DNA of 63,695 nt, the filler included, from Reclinomonas americana ATCC 50394 (lineage: Eukaryota): assembly GCA_048213135.1 (NCBI GenBank). It is 12 parts of 12 records of this genome, joined end to end, with 100 filler letters (N's around TTAATTAATTAA, not from the genome) between each part and the next. Parts side by side here need not be neighbours in the genome. Positions count along the whole stretch, not along the records: positions 1 to 4,391 come from AFZH01022702.1; positions 4,492 to 19,205 come from AFZH01022703.1; 10 more parts are not named here. One strand, written 5' to 3'. Position 1 is the stretch's first letter. The number at the start of each line of letters is the position of its first letter. The notes beneath the pieces were generated by a model. The model was not told where the DNA came from. It did not search any database and saw only the letters and a list, made by a program, of their open reading frames with translations. Positions 1 to 13,693 of this stretch are shown piece after piece. The translations under genes and the position numbers were made by a program.

Positions 1-3000
1 ATCGAACGAGTACATTCGCGGCGTCGGCAGCGGCGACTCGGCCTGGTACATGAACGTGGGTGAGTCGGCACCACGTGTGGACATGGCACGAGGTGTGGTC
101 CGTGCCGACAGCGGAGCAGTCAGTCCCGACACCGCATCCGACACAGCGGAACGCGGCGACGGTGCCGGTGACACGCTGCCGGCCACGCTCGGTCCTGGCG
201 ATGGTGCCGCATACTGACGTGGCGAGCCAATGGAGCTGCCGGCTCCACCTCGTGGTGTGCTCAGTGGCGAGTAGGGGGCGGCCAGCGGATTCGCGCGTGG
301 CGTGCTGACCTCGCTTCCGTTCCACACCTCCCCCAATCCCCCCGCCAGCATGGCGGCTCGTGTCGCCGAGTCCAGCGATTCGGCACCGCGCACCGACGGC
401 ACGCGTTCGTGCGACGTCTCGTCCACACTTGGCAAGTCCGGTGGCGGCGGTAGCTCCGGGGCCCGTTCGACAGCGTTGAGTGCGGCAATGTTGAGAAGCG
501 GCATTTGCACGCGCGCAGTGCCGCTCACGTAACGCGTCGTGTCTGCCGACACTGGACTCAGCACCGTTTCGGCCGGCTCCGCCACCGCCACCGCCATGTG
601 GGGAAACAGCTGCAGCCAGCGCTCCTCGGCCATGGAAGCCGACAGACGCCGTTTCGTTGCCAGTGACACAGGCGGTTCGTACGGGGCGGCGACCGGAATG
701 GGAAGGCTGCGCGGTTGTGAGATCTGGTGGTGACTGTCGCCGTGCGTCGGCGATGTTGGTGCGCTCTCGTCGACCTTGCCCTCGCCACCTTCGTCCTTAC
801 CGTGTCGATGCCGGTGGTGGCGGTGTCGATGATGTCGATGGTGCCGATGTTCGCCATTTTCCTTGTCGTGGCGATGTTTGTGTCGCCTGCCGGAGCGTGG
901 TGTCTCACCAGGGCTCTCCGTCGGCGACATTTCGCCACCAGTTGGTGAGCGCGGCGTGGCCGATGCTGTATCGAGGGCCGTGGGTGACCTCGGCGACGCC
1001 TCCTGCACAGCCGCGACCACAACGTGCGGCACGCCAGCAGCTCTGGTCGCCGCCGGCGAAGCGACAGGTGTTGTCGGCGACGTCGGCGTCGGTGTTGTTG
1101 TCGTTGTTGTAGTGGCCGTTGTCGTCACCGCCACCACAGCCGGAGGAGGCACAGCGTCTTGTTCCGCTGCTCCGGCAGCAGCAGCAGCCTTGGCCTCGGC
1201 CTTGAGCCGACGCCGCTCTTCCCGCTCTTTCCTCCGTTGACGTCGCTCCCTCCTTCGCTGCTTCTCCAACTCCTTCTCGTGCTTCGCTTGATCCTCTGGC
1301 GACAGCACGGGTTGCGCGAGGGGCGTCACTGCGGCGGCCATGGCAGAAAAGTCTCCAGAGGCATTCGGGGAGGCAATGATGATGGACGCGGGTCGTGGAG
1401 GCGGCGTCTGCTCCACCACCACGTGCTCCGCCTTACCGCCCTCCGACTGCTCCTGCATCTCGGTATGCACCGGCGTCTCCACTCGCTGCTGCTTCGCCAC
1501 CGGCGACGATGGGACGGCAGTCTTGGACAGACTGCCAGGAGTCGGCGAGCTCGGTAGTACATCGTGTGGCCTCTTCGACACCACCTCCATAACACGCTGG
1601 AGAATGTAATCGAGGACGTACGTGACAGACGAGGAGACTCGCGGGGAACCACCTGCGGAAGAGAGAGAGAGAGAGAGTGAGACAGAGTGCGAATGGAGGG
1701 CAAACATGTGGGGGCGGAAGAGTAACCTTTTGGTGTGCGTGGTGTGGGTGAGCCTGTGCTGACCGCGTTCGGATCCGCATCGAAAAACGATGCTGTCGTG
1801 TGCGGCGCAGTGCGCGTCTTGTCTGCGCCGTCAAGTAATGTCAGTGACCACGTGGACACGATGGAGAGTGTGCGAAAAAACAAACAAACAAACCTTTGCG
1901 CTCTCTTCTCTTGTTGTGACGCAAGTGCCTCCGCAGGGTCTGCTCGGGCAGGATCGATTCGAGAATGTCGTTCGCCGCAAAGTTCAAGTAGTACAGCGAG
2001 CGGTTCTGTAATATGCGCGCCGCCAGCGTGCCCGCTTGCTCTGGAGCCACATGGCAACCTGGAGGGAGGACGAGAGTGAGCTGCCGGAGTGAAGTGAGCG
2101 ACAAGCGCATCACTCTCACCGGTAAAATCGACATCATGCAGGCTCTTGTTCACTGCCAAGCAGTCGGCCACGGCTCGCGTACCAGCGTCGCTCAGTGTGT
2201 TTCCTGCGTGCATCGATACGAGGAGACAATGAGACGACCCGCTTTTCTCCGAGGAGGCGGGGATGAAGGATGATCACCGCACCGGCAAAGTTCAGTGCGT
2301 GCACCGACGAGTTTGAGGCCAAACTGGTGAAGATAATGGCGCTGCCGGTTTCGGAAATGCCACAGCCTGCGTGATCACCACAACAGGCGTCAGCTCTTCC
2401 GTTCCCACGATGACTGTAATGTGGGCGATGTAACTCTTGACTGAGAGCTCTCGTAATCTGCATCCAGGCGTGCCGAGCGCGGAAGCCAGTGACATGGCTC
2501 CATCGTCGTCGATAGCAATGTCTGTGGGGGGAGGGACCGCGCGTGTCACACACCCACACGCAACAAGGCGCCTCTGCGACAACACAGCAACCCGTCTGAC
2601 GCGCGCAACTGTTGAGATTGAGATGCCGCAACATCGGAATATCCAACAAGCGATGCTCCAACAACACCAATCCCAGCGTGCTCAGCGCGTTCCCTGCGCC
2701 TCGCTCGTCACACACACACAAGCACACTGCATCTCGACTCGCACGCTCACTCACCTCCCACATCCACGTGTGTCGGGTACCCGTTTCTCGAGACACAGTC
2801 GAGCAAGATCTCAAAGCCACGATCGGTGACCAGATTGTCTGCGTGCGACCCGCGTGTCATGCGACTATAGGCGCTGATAGGCAACTGGGGGAGAAGAAGC
2901 AACAACAAAAAACACAACTGGCCAAGCTACAGCACTCGATCACCAATCCCGACGTGAGCGCATAGTCAATTGCCGCCACCGATTCATCCGTGAGCGCATT

Positions 3001-3556
3001 GTCTGCGTGCGTGCGATAGCAACTCACAGTGTTGGACACCCGCCATGGAGAGAGTGAGAGTGGGAGGGAGGGAGACACGCAACTGCTCACGTCGAGCTCG
3101 TGCAAATGCACCGAGCGTGTGACCAGGCAATTGACGACCACCGCGAACTCTTCATCGGCCAGTGACGAGCCTAACGCGAACACGCACATGAGCGACAAAG
3201 GAGACTGGAGTGTGCGCGTATGTGAGAGAGAGAGAGTGAGAGGGACTGTACCTGACAGATCGAGAAAGACAAAGCCCGGTCGCCCGGGTACCTCCTCGCA
3301 CATGCGCAACACCTCTGCCTCGATCTCATTGTCGACGCGCTGTGAACGCACACACGAGAAGAGAGGAGAGAGAAGAGAGAGGCAGAGAGGTGTGAGTTCC
3401 GATCTTCGGACAAACAACTCTCGCTTCTCTGCTTGCTTGTTGTTGTTGTGTGTTGTGCGAAACTCCCAGTGCGATCTCTGTGGGCTCCACGTAGAGAGGA
3501 GGAGGCGACGGCGACGCTTGTGCAGCAGCGACAGCCGTCGCACTGGCGCGCTGCAT
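1..3556 (-). CDS. Ribonuclease-inhibitor/NLRC3-type leucine-rich repeat protein with long low-complexity C-terminus (3' end beyond window)
   Basis: Spliced exons give repeated LxxLxLxxNxL/I motifs (FLDLSGSSL, ELDVSNNAL, HLNLNNIAI, ALNFAGNTL). There is roughly one 84-87 nt exon per repeat, with phase-1 introns. The last visible exon (~1662 to 1) is open to the window edge. Confidence 0.8.
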
Positions 3557-4038
3557 TGAGAGGGGGTGATGATTGAGCGTGAGAGAGCTGCGAAATTTTG
3601 CTTGATTGATGTTGGTGGTTGGGCGCTTCGATTGATATGACTCGAGGTGCCGCACTGTACACTTTTGTTTTTTCTTTTCAACGATAGAGGAGTGCTCTTT
3701 CCTTGTCATTTCGTACGCGCAGGAAGCGAAGGAGGGAATGACTGCGGGTAGGGCACATACACAAACAGCAACACACGGAGGAACAGAGTGGGGAAGGAGG
3801 AGACACACGATACTATGCGCCTAAAGGGACAGGAGGGGAGAGAAAAGGAAGGAGAGGAACTCTGCGGCCACAGCAAAATAGGAAGTGTAAGAGGGACCAG
3901 AAAAAATGCACGAGAGAAGCGGGCCCTCAAAGTGAGGCGATTCCACACACACACACACACAAGACACACACACACGCACACACACAGATACATGGAGACG
4001 GGAGACACACGGAAGGGTAGAGGAAATTGTCGTGCTCC

Positions 4039-5502
<1,464 letters not shown>

Positions 5503-6063
5503 TCAAAGGGCGAGAGAAGATCTCTCCTCCTCTTTCTCCTTCTTTTTCTCTACCTTCTTCGCACACGCGCGTGCGTGCGTGTGTGTGGTGGAGGTGATTG
5601 TCAGAAAATGGGCGCCTGTTGCAGTCGACGCGACTTTCAACGCCGACGACAGGTGTGCTTTGCAGTTTGATATTCCGATGACTGTTTTGAAGAGGAAAGA
5701 GAGAGAGACACACACACACGCGCAACGACAGTTGCCGCTAGTCAAGCGTGCGTCTTTAGTCACAGTTTTTGTTGCTCACCCTCGCGCACACCTCACAGGA
5801 GTCCATCTCATCATTGGGTCGGAATGCCGGGCACGTGCCTCGCCTTAATGCAGGTGATTTGTTGTCTGGAAGACTCTCCCTCTCTCCCTCTCTCTGTTGT
5901 GTATGTGTGCGGCTCAACCAACATGTGCTGGGGCCACACAGACGGTCGATCACGCAGAGTCGTTGCTGCTGCTGCTGCTGGTGGGACCGCGCGGAGAACG
6001 TCGTCGTCGAGTTGTTGGGGATGTGGCGGTGGCGACACGGTTACTGAGTTTCTGCCTTCGTCC

Positions 6064-7724
6064 ATGTCGGCGGCGTCGTTCTCGGCGGCGTTGACGGCCG
6101 CAGCGCGACGGCGGATATCGGCGACGACGACGGAGCAATTGAGGACAACTGCACGAGGGGCGATGTATGTCATGGACGAGGAGAAACGGAAGGAGCAGGA
6201 GGCCGAGAAGGAGAAGGATGGGGAGGTGGTGGCTGTGGCTGAGGATAGCAGGGAATCCGCGGTGTTGGCGGTGCCGGTTGCCGAGGTCGCCGGTTTGGAA
6301 CCGTCGCTCTCTGCTCCGACGCCTTCCTCCACGTCGATTGTCGGTCGCGAATCGCCGTCAGTGTCCACTCTGCCAGTGCGGTTACCTCCCATCCTGTCGC
6401 CACCCGTGCCGTCCATGTATCGCATCGGTAGTGCTGGTGGTGGTACTGGTGGTGGCGGAACCAGTGGCGGTGACAGCACGCCGCATTTGCGACCGCGTGT
6501 CAAGTCGCAGACACTGGCGGCGTTGCACTCGACGCAGTCGCCACTGGGAGGCGCAGGCGACGGTGTGCTGTCCACCAAGCCGGTGGTGGAGCGGCATCAG
6601 AGTAGTACGCTGTTTGATGAGCGAAGGGTGCGCGGTGGAGTGGGCAGCAGTGGCGGCGGTAGTGGTGGTGGTGCGTCAGGAGCACTGTCGGGCGAGCGTC
6701 GACAGAGCGCGGCCACCACGGCCACCATTACCAGTGTGACGACGGCCACCACGAATGCCGAGTCGGCGGGACTACCGAGTGTTCTTATGGCCAGCTCTGG
6801 CGGCTCGCGAGGCGAGGAGGATGATGAGGAGGAGGAAGACGAGGAGGAGATGCCACCAATCAAGTCTGCGCTGACTGCCAAGTCGCCGCAGTGGATGCCC
6901 GGCATGCCTCCACGGTCGTCCACTGCGGCGTCGTCGGCCGCCGTGGCCGCCGTGGCGGCAGCACGACGCCGATCCTCCATGGCGTCCATGTACGCCAACG
7001 AGAACGCCGAGAACTGCATGCCATCGTTGCCGCACCTCATTGACAGTCCGCTCCTCAATCGCTCGCTTGGCGTCGGCAGCGAGGCGGGTGGCGTCGCTCC
7101 GCACAACCACGCCCGACAACGACCCAAAGGTGAGAGAGAGAGAGAGTGACAAAGGTGGCAGCGAGTGACGGAAGACGGCTTCTGACACAACATGTGTTCT
7201 GCGCAGCCATCAATGTCGACACACTCATGTCACCGCCGGAGCGACCGAGTCCGACCATGGCCTCGCCGTCGACGCTGTACCGTGCGGCCTCGTTGAGTAT
7301 GATGCACATGTCGCCAATGACACCGGCCGGCACGCCCTTTGGAGCCACCATGGAGGACATGATGGCCTCGGCGGCGGCGGCGGCCACTGGTCCTGTCTTT
7401 GGCACGCCGGTGGGTCGTCGCGCCTCATTCGTGATGCGCTCGTCGCTGCCGAGCCCGCTGCCGTCACGCCTCGCCGACATCACCAACACCATGACCTCCA
7501 TGTCGCCCACCACACTCATGTTCCACGGCAAGGGTCGCGAACACCAGTCGCCGCTCACCAGTCCCGGCTCGGCGGCCGCCGCATTCCTCATGCAACGTCG
7601 ACGCTCGCAGCGCCGAGTCAGTTTCGGGCAAGTGCAAGTTCAGTACTTTGACAAGTCCACCATTGAGCTGATGAACGAGTCAGCTCGTCTCCAGCAGCAA
7701 CAGCAACAGCAAGCACTGCGATAG
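6064..7724 (+). CDS. Disordered Ser/Pro-rich protein with C-terminal RVxF PP1-docking motif (putative cell-cycle regulator)
   Basis: Two exons (intron ~7130-7206). Motifs RRVSFGQVQVQYFD and RLADITN, with many SP/TP and RRxS sites. Start codon uncertain. Confidence 0.6.
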
Positions 7725-7842
7725 TCGCCGAATAGCTCAATCGCCTGCCGATCCACCCTAATCCGCGCCCCTCGGCAGTGCACTGGCGAATATCATTCTA
7801 TTTTATCTTTCCTTTAGTAGTGTACAGCCAGAATAACGCAAA

Positions 7843-8578
7843 TCACCTTGTCTTCTGTTTCCGTGTGGCGCCCGCCAGCGAGAGCATGGACACGACGGCG
7901 GCGGCGAGCAATCGCGCCAGCATGCCGCACATGGCCAGCCACAAGAAACCGTACACGGCGAGGCCACCCTCGATCGCACCTCCGCATCCGAGACGCGCCT
8001 GCAACCACGCTGGCGCATGCTCCTGCAGCAGCCATCCCACAGTCGAAGAAGAAGACGACGGGCACCACGCATGCGCCGGCACTGTGACCGCAGCCGGATC
8101 GGCCAACCACGCAAACGACATGACCGAGCAGCTGACCAGCAGCACCGACAAGAGCAGCTTGAGCAGCTGCGAGACGGCCGGCACACTCAACCACGTGGCC
8201 GACGACATCACCGCTGCAGCAGGCGTGAGCATGCGAGTGAGTGAGACAACTGCGCGCGCGCACACACACGCAACGACGCGTGGCCAGATACTCATCCAGC
8301 TCCTTGCGCAGTGGCTGCAGCTCGCGACTCTTCTTGGCAAACTGCACAAAGGTGGAGGGTGTGTTGAGGAGGCGGCATTCGTTCTCCAGCTGCGCCACGC
8401 GATCGGCCAGCTGTCGCACATGCCGACTCGGACGCTGTGTCGCAAAGGGGTGAGTGTGCGCGATGAGAGAGAGAGAAGAAGAAGAAGAAGGAGAATGCAT
8501 CACCTTCCACAGCCACAGGCTGAAAGACACAACAGTCTCAGCAGCGACTGCAGCACACGCAGCGCTCCACACAAACAT
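7843..8578 (-). CDS. GET1: GET1/WRB tail-anchored protein insertase subunit
   Basis: N-terminal TM, then coiled coil VAQLENECRLLNTPSTFVQFAKKSRELQPLRKEL, two further TMs and a PxxWxP loop. Two introns. Confidence 0.75.
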
Positions 8579-8632
8579 TGAGATGCGATCGCGGGCGAGT
8601 GAGGGGACACACAAAGGACATCTCCATTCGCG

Positions 8633-9716
8633 ATGAGCGACGACAGCGACTCTTCTTCATCTTCCTCCTCCTCCTCCTCTTCTTCTTCGTCCTCTGACGG
8701 GGAGACATCGGCACAGCTGGCGGCCTTTGCTGCGGCCAATGTGGTGGTGGAGGCCGACGTCTTTCGCGGAGGAGTGAGCGAAAAGGCAAAGAAGAAGAAG
8801 AAGAAGAGCAAGGAGGAGAAAAAGGCGAAAGAGGAGGTCGAAGAGGATGCCGAGGCGAAACAGGAACGCAAGGCGGCGAGGAAGAAGAAGAAGAAGGTGA
8901 CACACACGAGCGTGCATGTGTCGCCGATGCATTCCTCAACAGTGTGTTCTCTCTCTCTCCTCTCCGCAGTCCGAAGCAGCGGCCGCTGCTGTGTTGAGCA
9001 AGCTGGGCATCCAACTGCGTGAGTTGCGTGACTGGCTGTGGTGGTGAATGGAGAAGAGGAAGGAGAAGTAACAGATTGGCGCAGTCCGGCCATCGCGTTG
9101 CGACCACTGAATGTCGACCGGAACAAGCGCAGTCTGCGTGAGGCCATGGAGGAGGAGGCGACGTTGCGTTTCCTCCTGTCTCTCTCTCCCTCGCTCTGTT
9201 GTCTGCTCGCTCATCGCGCCGTTCGTGGCAGTGGCGGACCGGGCAAGCGACACGGCTTCAATGTGCACCTGACGCAGAAGCTGCATGCGCGGTTGGATCG
9301 CGAGTTGGAGTGGTCATCTGCGGATGCCGACGATGAGGAAGATGAGGGTGCGTATGGGGGTGCTGGTGGTCGGAGGCTCTTTTATGGCTGATCGTGGGCA
9401 TGCAGAGGATGGCACTGCAGCACCGCTAAAACTGCTCCGCTCCAGCGCCGTACCACTGTCGACCACCGAGGCAGCGTCGGTGAGGTCGCCCTGCAAGAGT
9501 GCTGCCTTCTCCCACTGCTGAATGTACGCCTGCAGTCTGAGCCACCGAGGAAAAAGCGGAGACGGCTGGCGGGCGTTGTGCAAGAGCCCGAAAGTTCAGA
9601 AGATGAGGTGTGTGTATGTGCGATGTGCCTGCGATCGTGCTACAGTGACTGACACTGTCGTGCGATACAAGGACACACACATGGCCAAGTGCGGATCTGT
9701 GGCCGTCTCGTTTTGA
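8633..9716 (+). CDS. CUSTOS/C12orf43-like protein (tentative)
   Basis: Poly-Ser start, Lys-rich NLS, HLTQKLHARLDRELE block and C-terminal SSEDE...KCGSVAVSF. Six introns parsed. Family call is from motif order only. Confidence 0.45.
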
Positions 9717-9794
9717 AGCCATCGACATAATACACTTGATAGACATGAATGTACAAGGTGTTTGTACTCCCTTCCCTCTCTCTTTCTAACCCCC

Positions 9795-12295
9795 TCAGAA
9801 GAGCACAGTGTGACCCGGTCCGAGGGAGGCGTTGGCCACCACCTCGAGCACGTAGTCGGTGATGCGTGGATCGATGCCGGTGAACACGTTGCTCTCGCGC
9901 GCTCGGACCACCAGGGTTCGTGCGCGCTCTGGCGACACTCGTCGTGCCACGGTGGACCTCGTCTTGCGCACAGCCATGTCCTTGGCCAGACGAATGAGCC
10001 ACGTTTCGGGAGTCTCTCCGTCGCGGTCATCCGTCACATGCATCTGGTGGATAGGCTGAGTGCTGGTGCTGCCGCCACTTCCTGCTGTCGCCGCCGCCTT
10101 GCTGGCCCGCTCGGTGTCCAGTTCCAGGCTGTCGACAAACTTGAAGAACTCGGCAATTGCCGTGGGTGCGTTGGGTGACACCTGAAGAAGCGGGATGGGG
10201 GGTGAGTGGCAAGAAGGCACACGCACACACATATCTGCGTGTGCTCAAGACCTCGTCGTCGACATTCTCCTTTGCGAGTTCCACACGCAGACGCTCCGCA
10301 GTGGGAAACTCGTCGACTGGGATGGAGGCCACCAGAGGCTCCAACGCATCCCACAGCCGACTGCGATAGCACAAACGCAGTGTCTCCACTGCCACGCGTT
10401 CTGCACAACCAACCACACTGGTGAGAATCGCGACGTCGACTCACACACCATCGCAGGCAACAAACGCACTTGGTACAACGGCACCGTGTCGAAGCAACAA
10501 CATGACCGTGCCCACGTGACCAGTGGCCACAGCGAGCAGCACGGGATGCCGGTCGGGGAACTTGTGGTTGTTGACATCGGCACCCTTCTCCAGCAAGTAC
10601 CTCGCAATGTGCGTGTAGCCTCGCATGCACGCGTCAGCCAGTGGCGAGTTGCCGTCCAGATCGGCGTCGTTGAGTGGGAAGTCGGGTATGGCGGTGAGAA
10701 TGCGCCGCACCACGTCCGCGTGGCCACTGATGCAGGCATCTGGGCGGGTTGCACAAACGAGAGAGAGGTTGTGAGTTCAGACGACTCATGCGACAGTAGC
10801 ACGAGGGATCGCCGCGCAACATGAGAGTGCCGAGCGTTCGGCAATAATGTCAGTGGCGCGCAATTCAGCGTGATCACTGCATGGCGATGTATGAGACAAT
10901 GTGGTGAACAGGCGCAGCGAAGCAGACACGTCGCGCGTGTACGCACCATGTCTCAATCAGATGATTCACCACGTCCAACTTGCCGGCGCCGCACGCCAAC
11001 ATGAAGCTCGTGCGGCCGTTCAAATCGCCACTCATCACATTGACGCCGTGCTTTTGCAGCACCTTGAGTATCTGTACCCAGACCGATTGCGAGTGAGTGA
11101 CTCCTCTCTTGGATTATCACAGTGACATCAGCAGCACCTCCAGTGCCCCATAGGCTCCCGCAAAGACCGGAGCGAGCTCTGTTGTTCCACCATCCGCAGT
11201 CTTCAGTCCGATCCGTGACGGCAGTGTGAAGGAGAGGTCGCGCTGCACGAGAAGGTGTGTGCGCAGCAGTTCCTGCAACCGTGGCCCGTCGTCGGCCTCG
11301 ATCAGCTTGACGAGCTCGCCGCAGCTCAGGACCGGCTTGGACGGAGGAGGACTGGTGATGATGGTCATCATGGAGCCTGCGAAGGACGGTCAGTCATATG
11401 TGCGACTCATGACAGCCGCACACACACACACACAGCACGCTCACACCTTGTCGCTCTACTTCAGGACTGAGCCGCTCATCGTCGTCCTCCACCTTCGGCG
11501 CGGGTGTGGTCGGCGTCGCCGCACTCGCATGTGGCGATGGCGGCAGTGAGGCTGGCGCGTGCGGCTCTGGCGCCTCAAATCTGTCATCACCACCCCACAC
11601 GTCATCGTCCGAGAAGTCATCGTCGCCGGGCTTGATGTCAATGGCGCCCGTGATGGAGTCATCCTCGGCCAGCGACGACTCATCCATCGACTCATCTTCG
11701 TGTTCGATCCTGCTGCCGCTGTCATCGTCATCCTCCTCATCCTCGTCATCATCCTCATCATCCTCACTGGAGCACAAACAACAGCATCACACGATCAGTG
11801 CACGTGTGTCCGGTGTGATGATCGATCGCAGCGATCACAACCCAACCGCAACTTGATAATGACCGTGTCGTCGCTGTCGTGGTGCACCGGCGACTTTTGC
11901 TCCCTCACGATCGAATCGAGCGTAGGCAACGCCAGTGTGGCACTCGCCTGCTCCGGCGCCGCGGCCACAGGTGACAGTGGCGCAGGCTCAACGACAGTCG
12001 TCGTCGCCGTCATCACGACCTCCACAACCGTCCGAGGCTCCACGTGAGCATCTGCTGCTGCTGCTGTTACTGCTATCACACTCTCTTGTTGAGGCCGTCG
12101 TTCTGGTGGTGGCGGCGGTGGTGGTGGTCGTCTCTGCAGGTACATCAACACCGCTCCCGAGCCGACGGCCACCGCACACACTCCTGCGCAGAGAACGACG
12201 AAGCTTCATGAGCACGCACACACGCGCACCCACAGAGAGAGATGAGAGAGCGAACCGGCTGCTGTTAGCCACGGGTGTCGGCGGAACCACGACAT
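9795..12295 (-). CDS. Ankyrin-repeat protein with N-terminal signal anchor and acidic linker
   Basis: MSWFRRHPWLTAAGVCAVAVGSGAVLMYL (TM), Asp/Glu tract, then ankyrin motifs GRTSFMLACGAGKLDVVNHLI, GNSPLADACMRGYTHIARYLLEKGADVN and HPVLLAVATGHVGTVMLLL. Confidence 0.8.
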
Positions 12296-12319
12296 GATGC
12301 ACACACACACGAAGCGAGA

Positions 12320-12328
12320 GGCGCGAAA
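12320..12328 (-). promoter_or_regulatory. E2F-like site (TTTCGCGCC) next to a CCAAT box in a 92-bp bidirectional promoter
   Basis: GGCGCGAAA at 12320-12328 and ATTGG at ~12336, between divergent ATGs at 12295 and 12388. Confidence 0.3.
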
Positions 12329-12387
12329 TAAGATGATTGGCGGCTCTCCACTCTCCAAATCCGGCAAATTTGACAGGATATTTGAGG

Positions 12388-13589
12388 ATGAGCGCGCATG
12401 AAGCATTCGTTGAGGCTGGTGCCACGGCTCGTCGCCACGTTTTCCGCTGTGTGTATCGTGGCGGGCATGTGGTAGAAGCATCTGGCGACGATGATGAGGG
12501 CGATGCCGGAGCATCGGCCTCGCGACCGGAGGACGTCGAGGGAGAAGAGTTTGACCAGTGGGAGTTTGTGGAGTACTCGAAGAAGGAGCACACGGTGGTG
12601 TACAAGAACAAGCGATTGCATTCACCGCTGCACACAGTTGCGTCGGTCGCGGAGAGTGCATGCAACTGATGCAATGTTTTTGTGATGAGGAAATGCGACA
12701 AGCAGTGGCGGGCGCATGGTGTGGTGCCACACACGGTCGAGGTAGGCGAGAGTGTGTGCAGTGCAGCGAGACGCACGCACCTGTGCTGAGCGCATACACA
12801 GGAAGTGTTGCGAGTGTGCACAGTCGTGGAGACGCGACCGGAGTGGGATCCAATTTGCGTGGCTGGCAGGACCATTGAGCGAGTGGATGGTGTGTGTGGA
12901 GAAGTGCAGGAGTGTGCGCACACGGGCCTGACAGGGTTTGCGCAGAGGAGAACGTCATTGCATGGTGGGCATTCAAGGGTGTTCCACTTCTCATTTCCGA
13001 AAGAGACATGTTGCGTCGTCTGCGTTCTCTTTCTGTCTCTCTCTTTCTCTGCTGACGAGCACCATTGTCTCCGTCCAGCGTGTTGAATGTGCGAGTGGAA
13101 CGATTGCCGGATGGGCGTGCCGTGGTGGCATCGGGCTCTGTCGAACATCCGGAGTTTCGTGAGCTGCTACCGCACCAGAGAGTGCCTTCCGCGGAGCCTT
13201 GCTGATGTGCTTGTTGGTGCAGATGTCCGGAAGACGGCTCACGTGTGCGTGCGCTCTCATGCGTGGCCGGGCTGCTGCTGGTACCGGTGCCTGTCACCGT
13301 GCAGCCGGCCGACGTGAATCGCGAGTGGATCGACAACTGGCTGCAGGAGACCGGCGAGGCTCCCATGATTGACGATCCGTCGCAGCCGCATCACACGCTG
13401 TTGACGTACGTGGGCTGCGTGGATCCCCGCGGCCTCATTCCGAAGTGGGTGCGTGACTGTGACGTAGTACACGCGCGAGTGTGCAATGATTGCTCACTCA
13501 CGTACTTGCAGGCGGTCAACTTGGGCGCCAAGAAGGGCACCACGACGGTGGATTCGCTGCGCCGATACTTGGCCGCGCACCGTGAATGA
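12388..13589 (+). CDS. START (StAR-related lipid transfer) domain protein
   Basis: Spliced RPEWDPIC, ISERDIVL, SVEHPECPEDGSRVRA and TLLTYVGCVDPRGLIPKWAVN match START family motifs. Confidence 0.85.
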
Positions 13590-13693
13590 AAAAGGTACTC
13601 TTCTCTGTATTTGCACCCTATGTGTGCGTCTGTACTGTACAACAACAACACCAACAACAACACGGAAGAAGAAAGACACCGCCATCGCGCTAC

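Noticed and set aside
11988..13366. Long antisense ORFs in the track (386-aa frames here; also 31502-32323 and 44434-45684)
   Set aside because: Shadows of GC-rich genes on the opposite strand, with no domain motifs.
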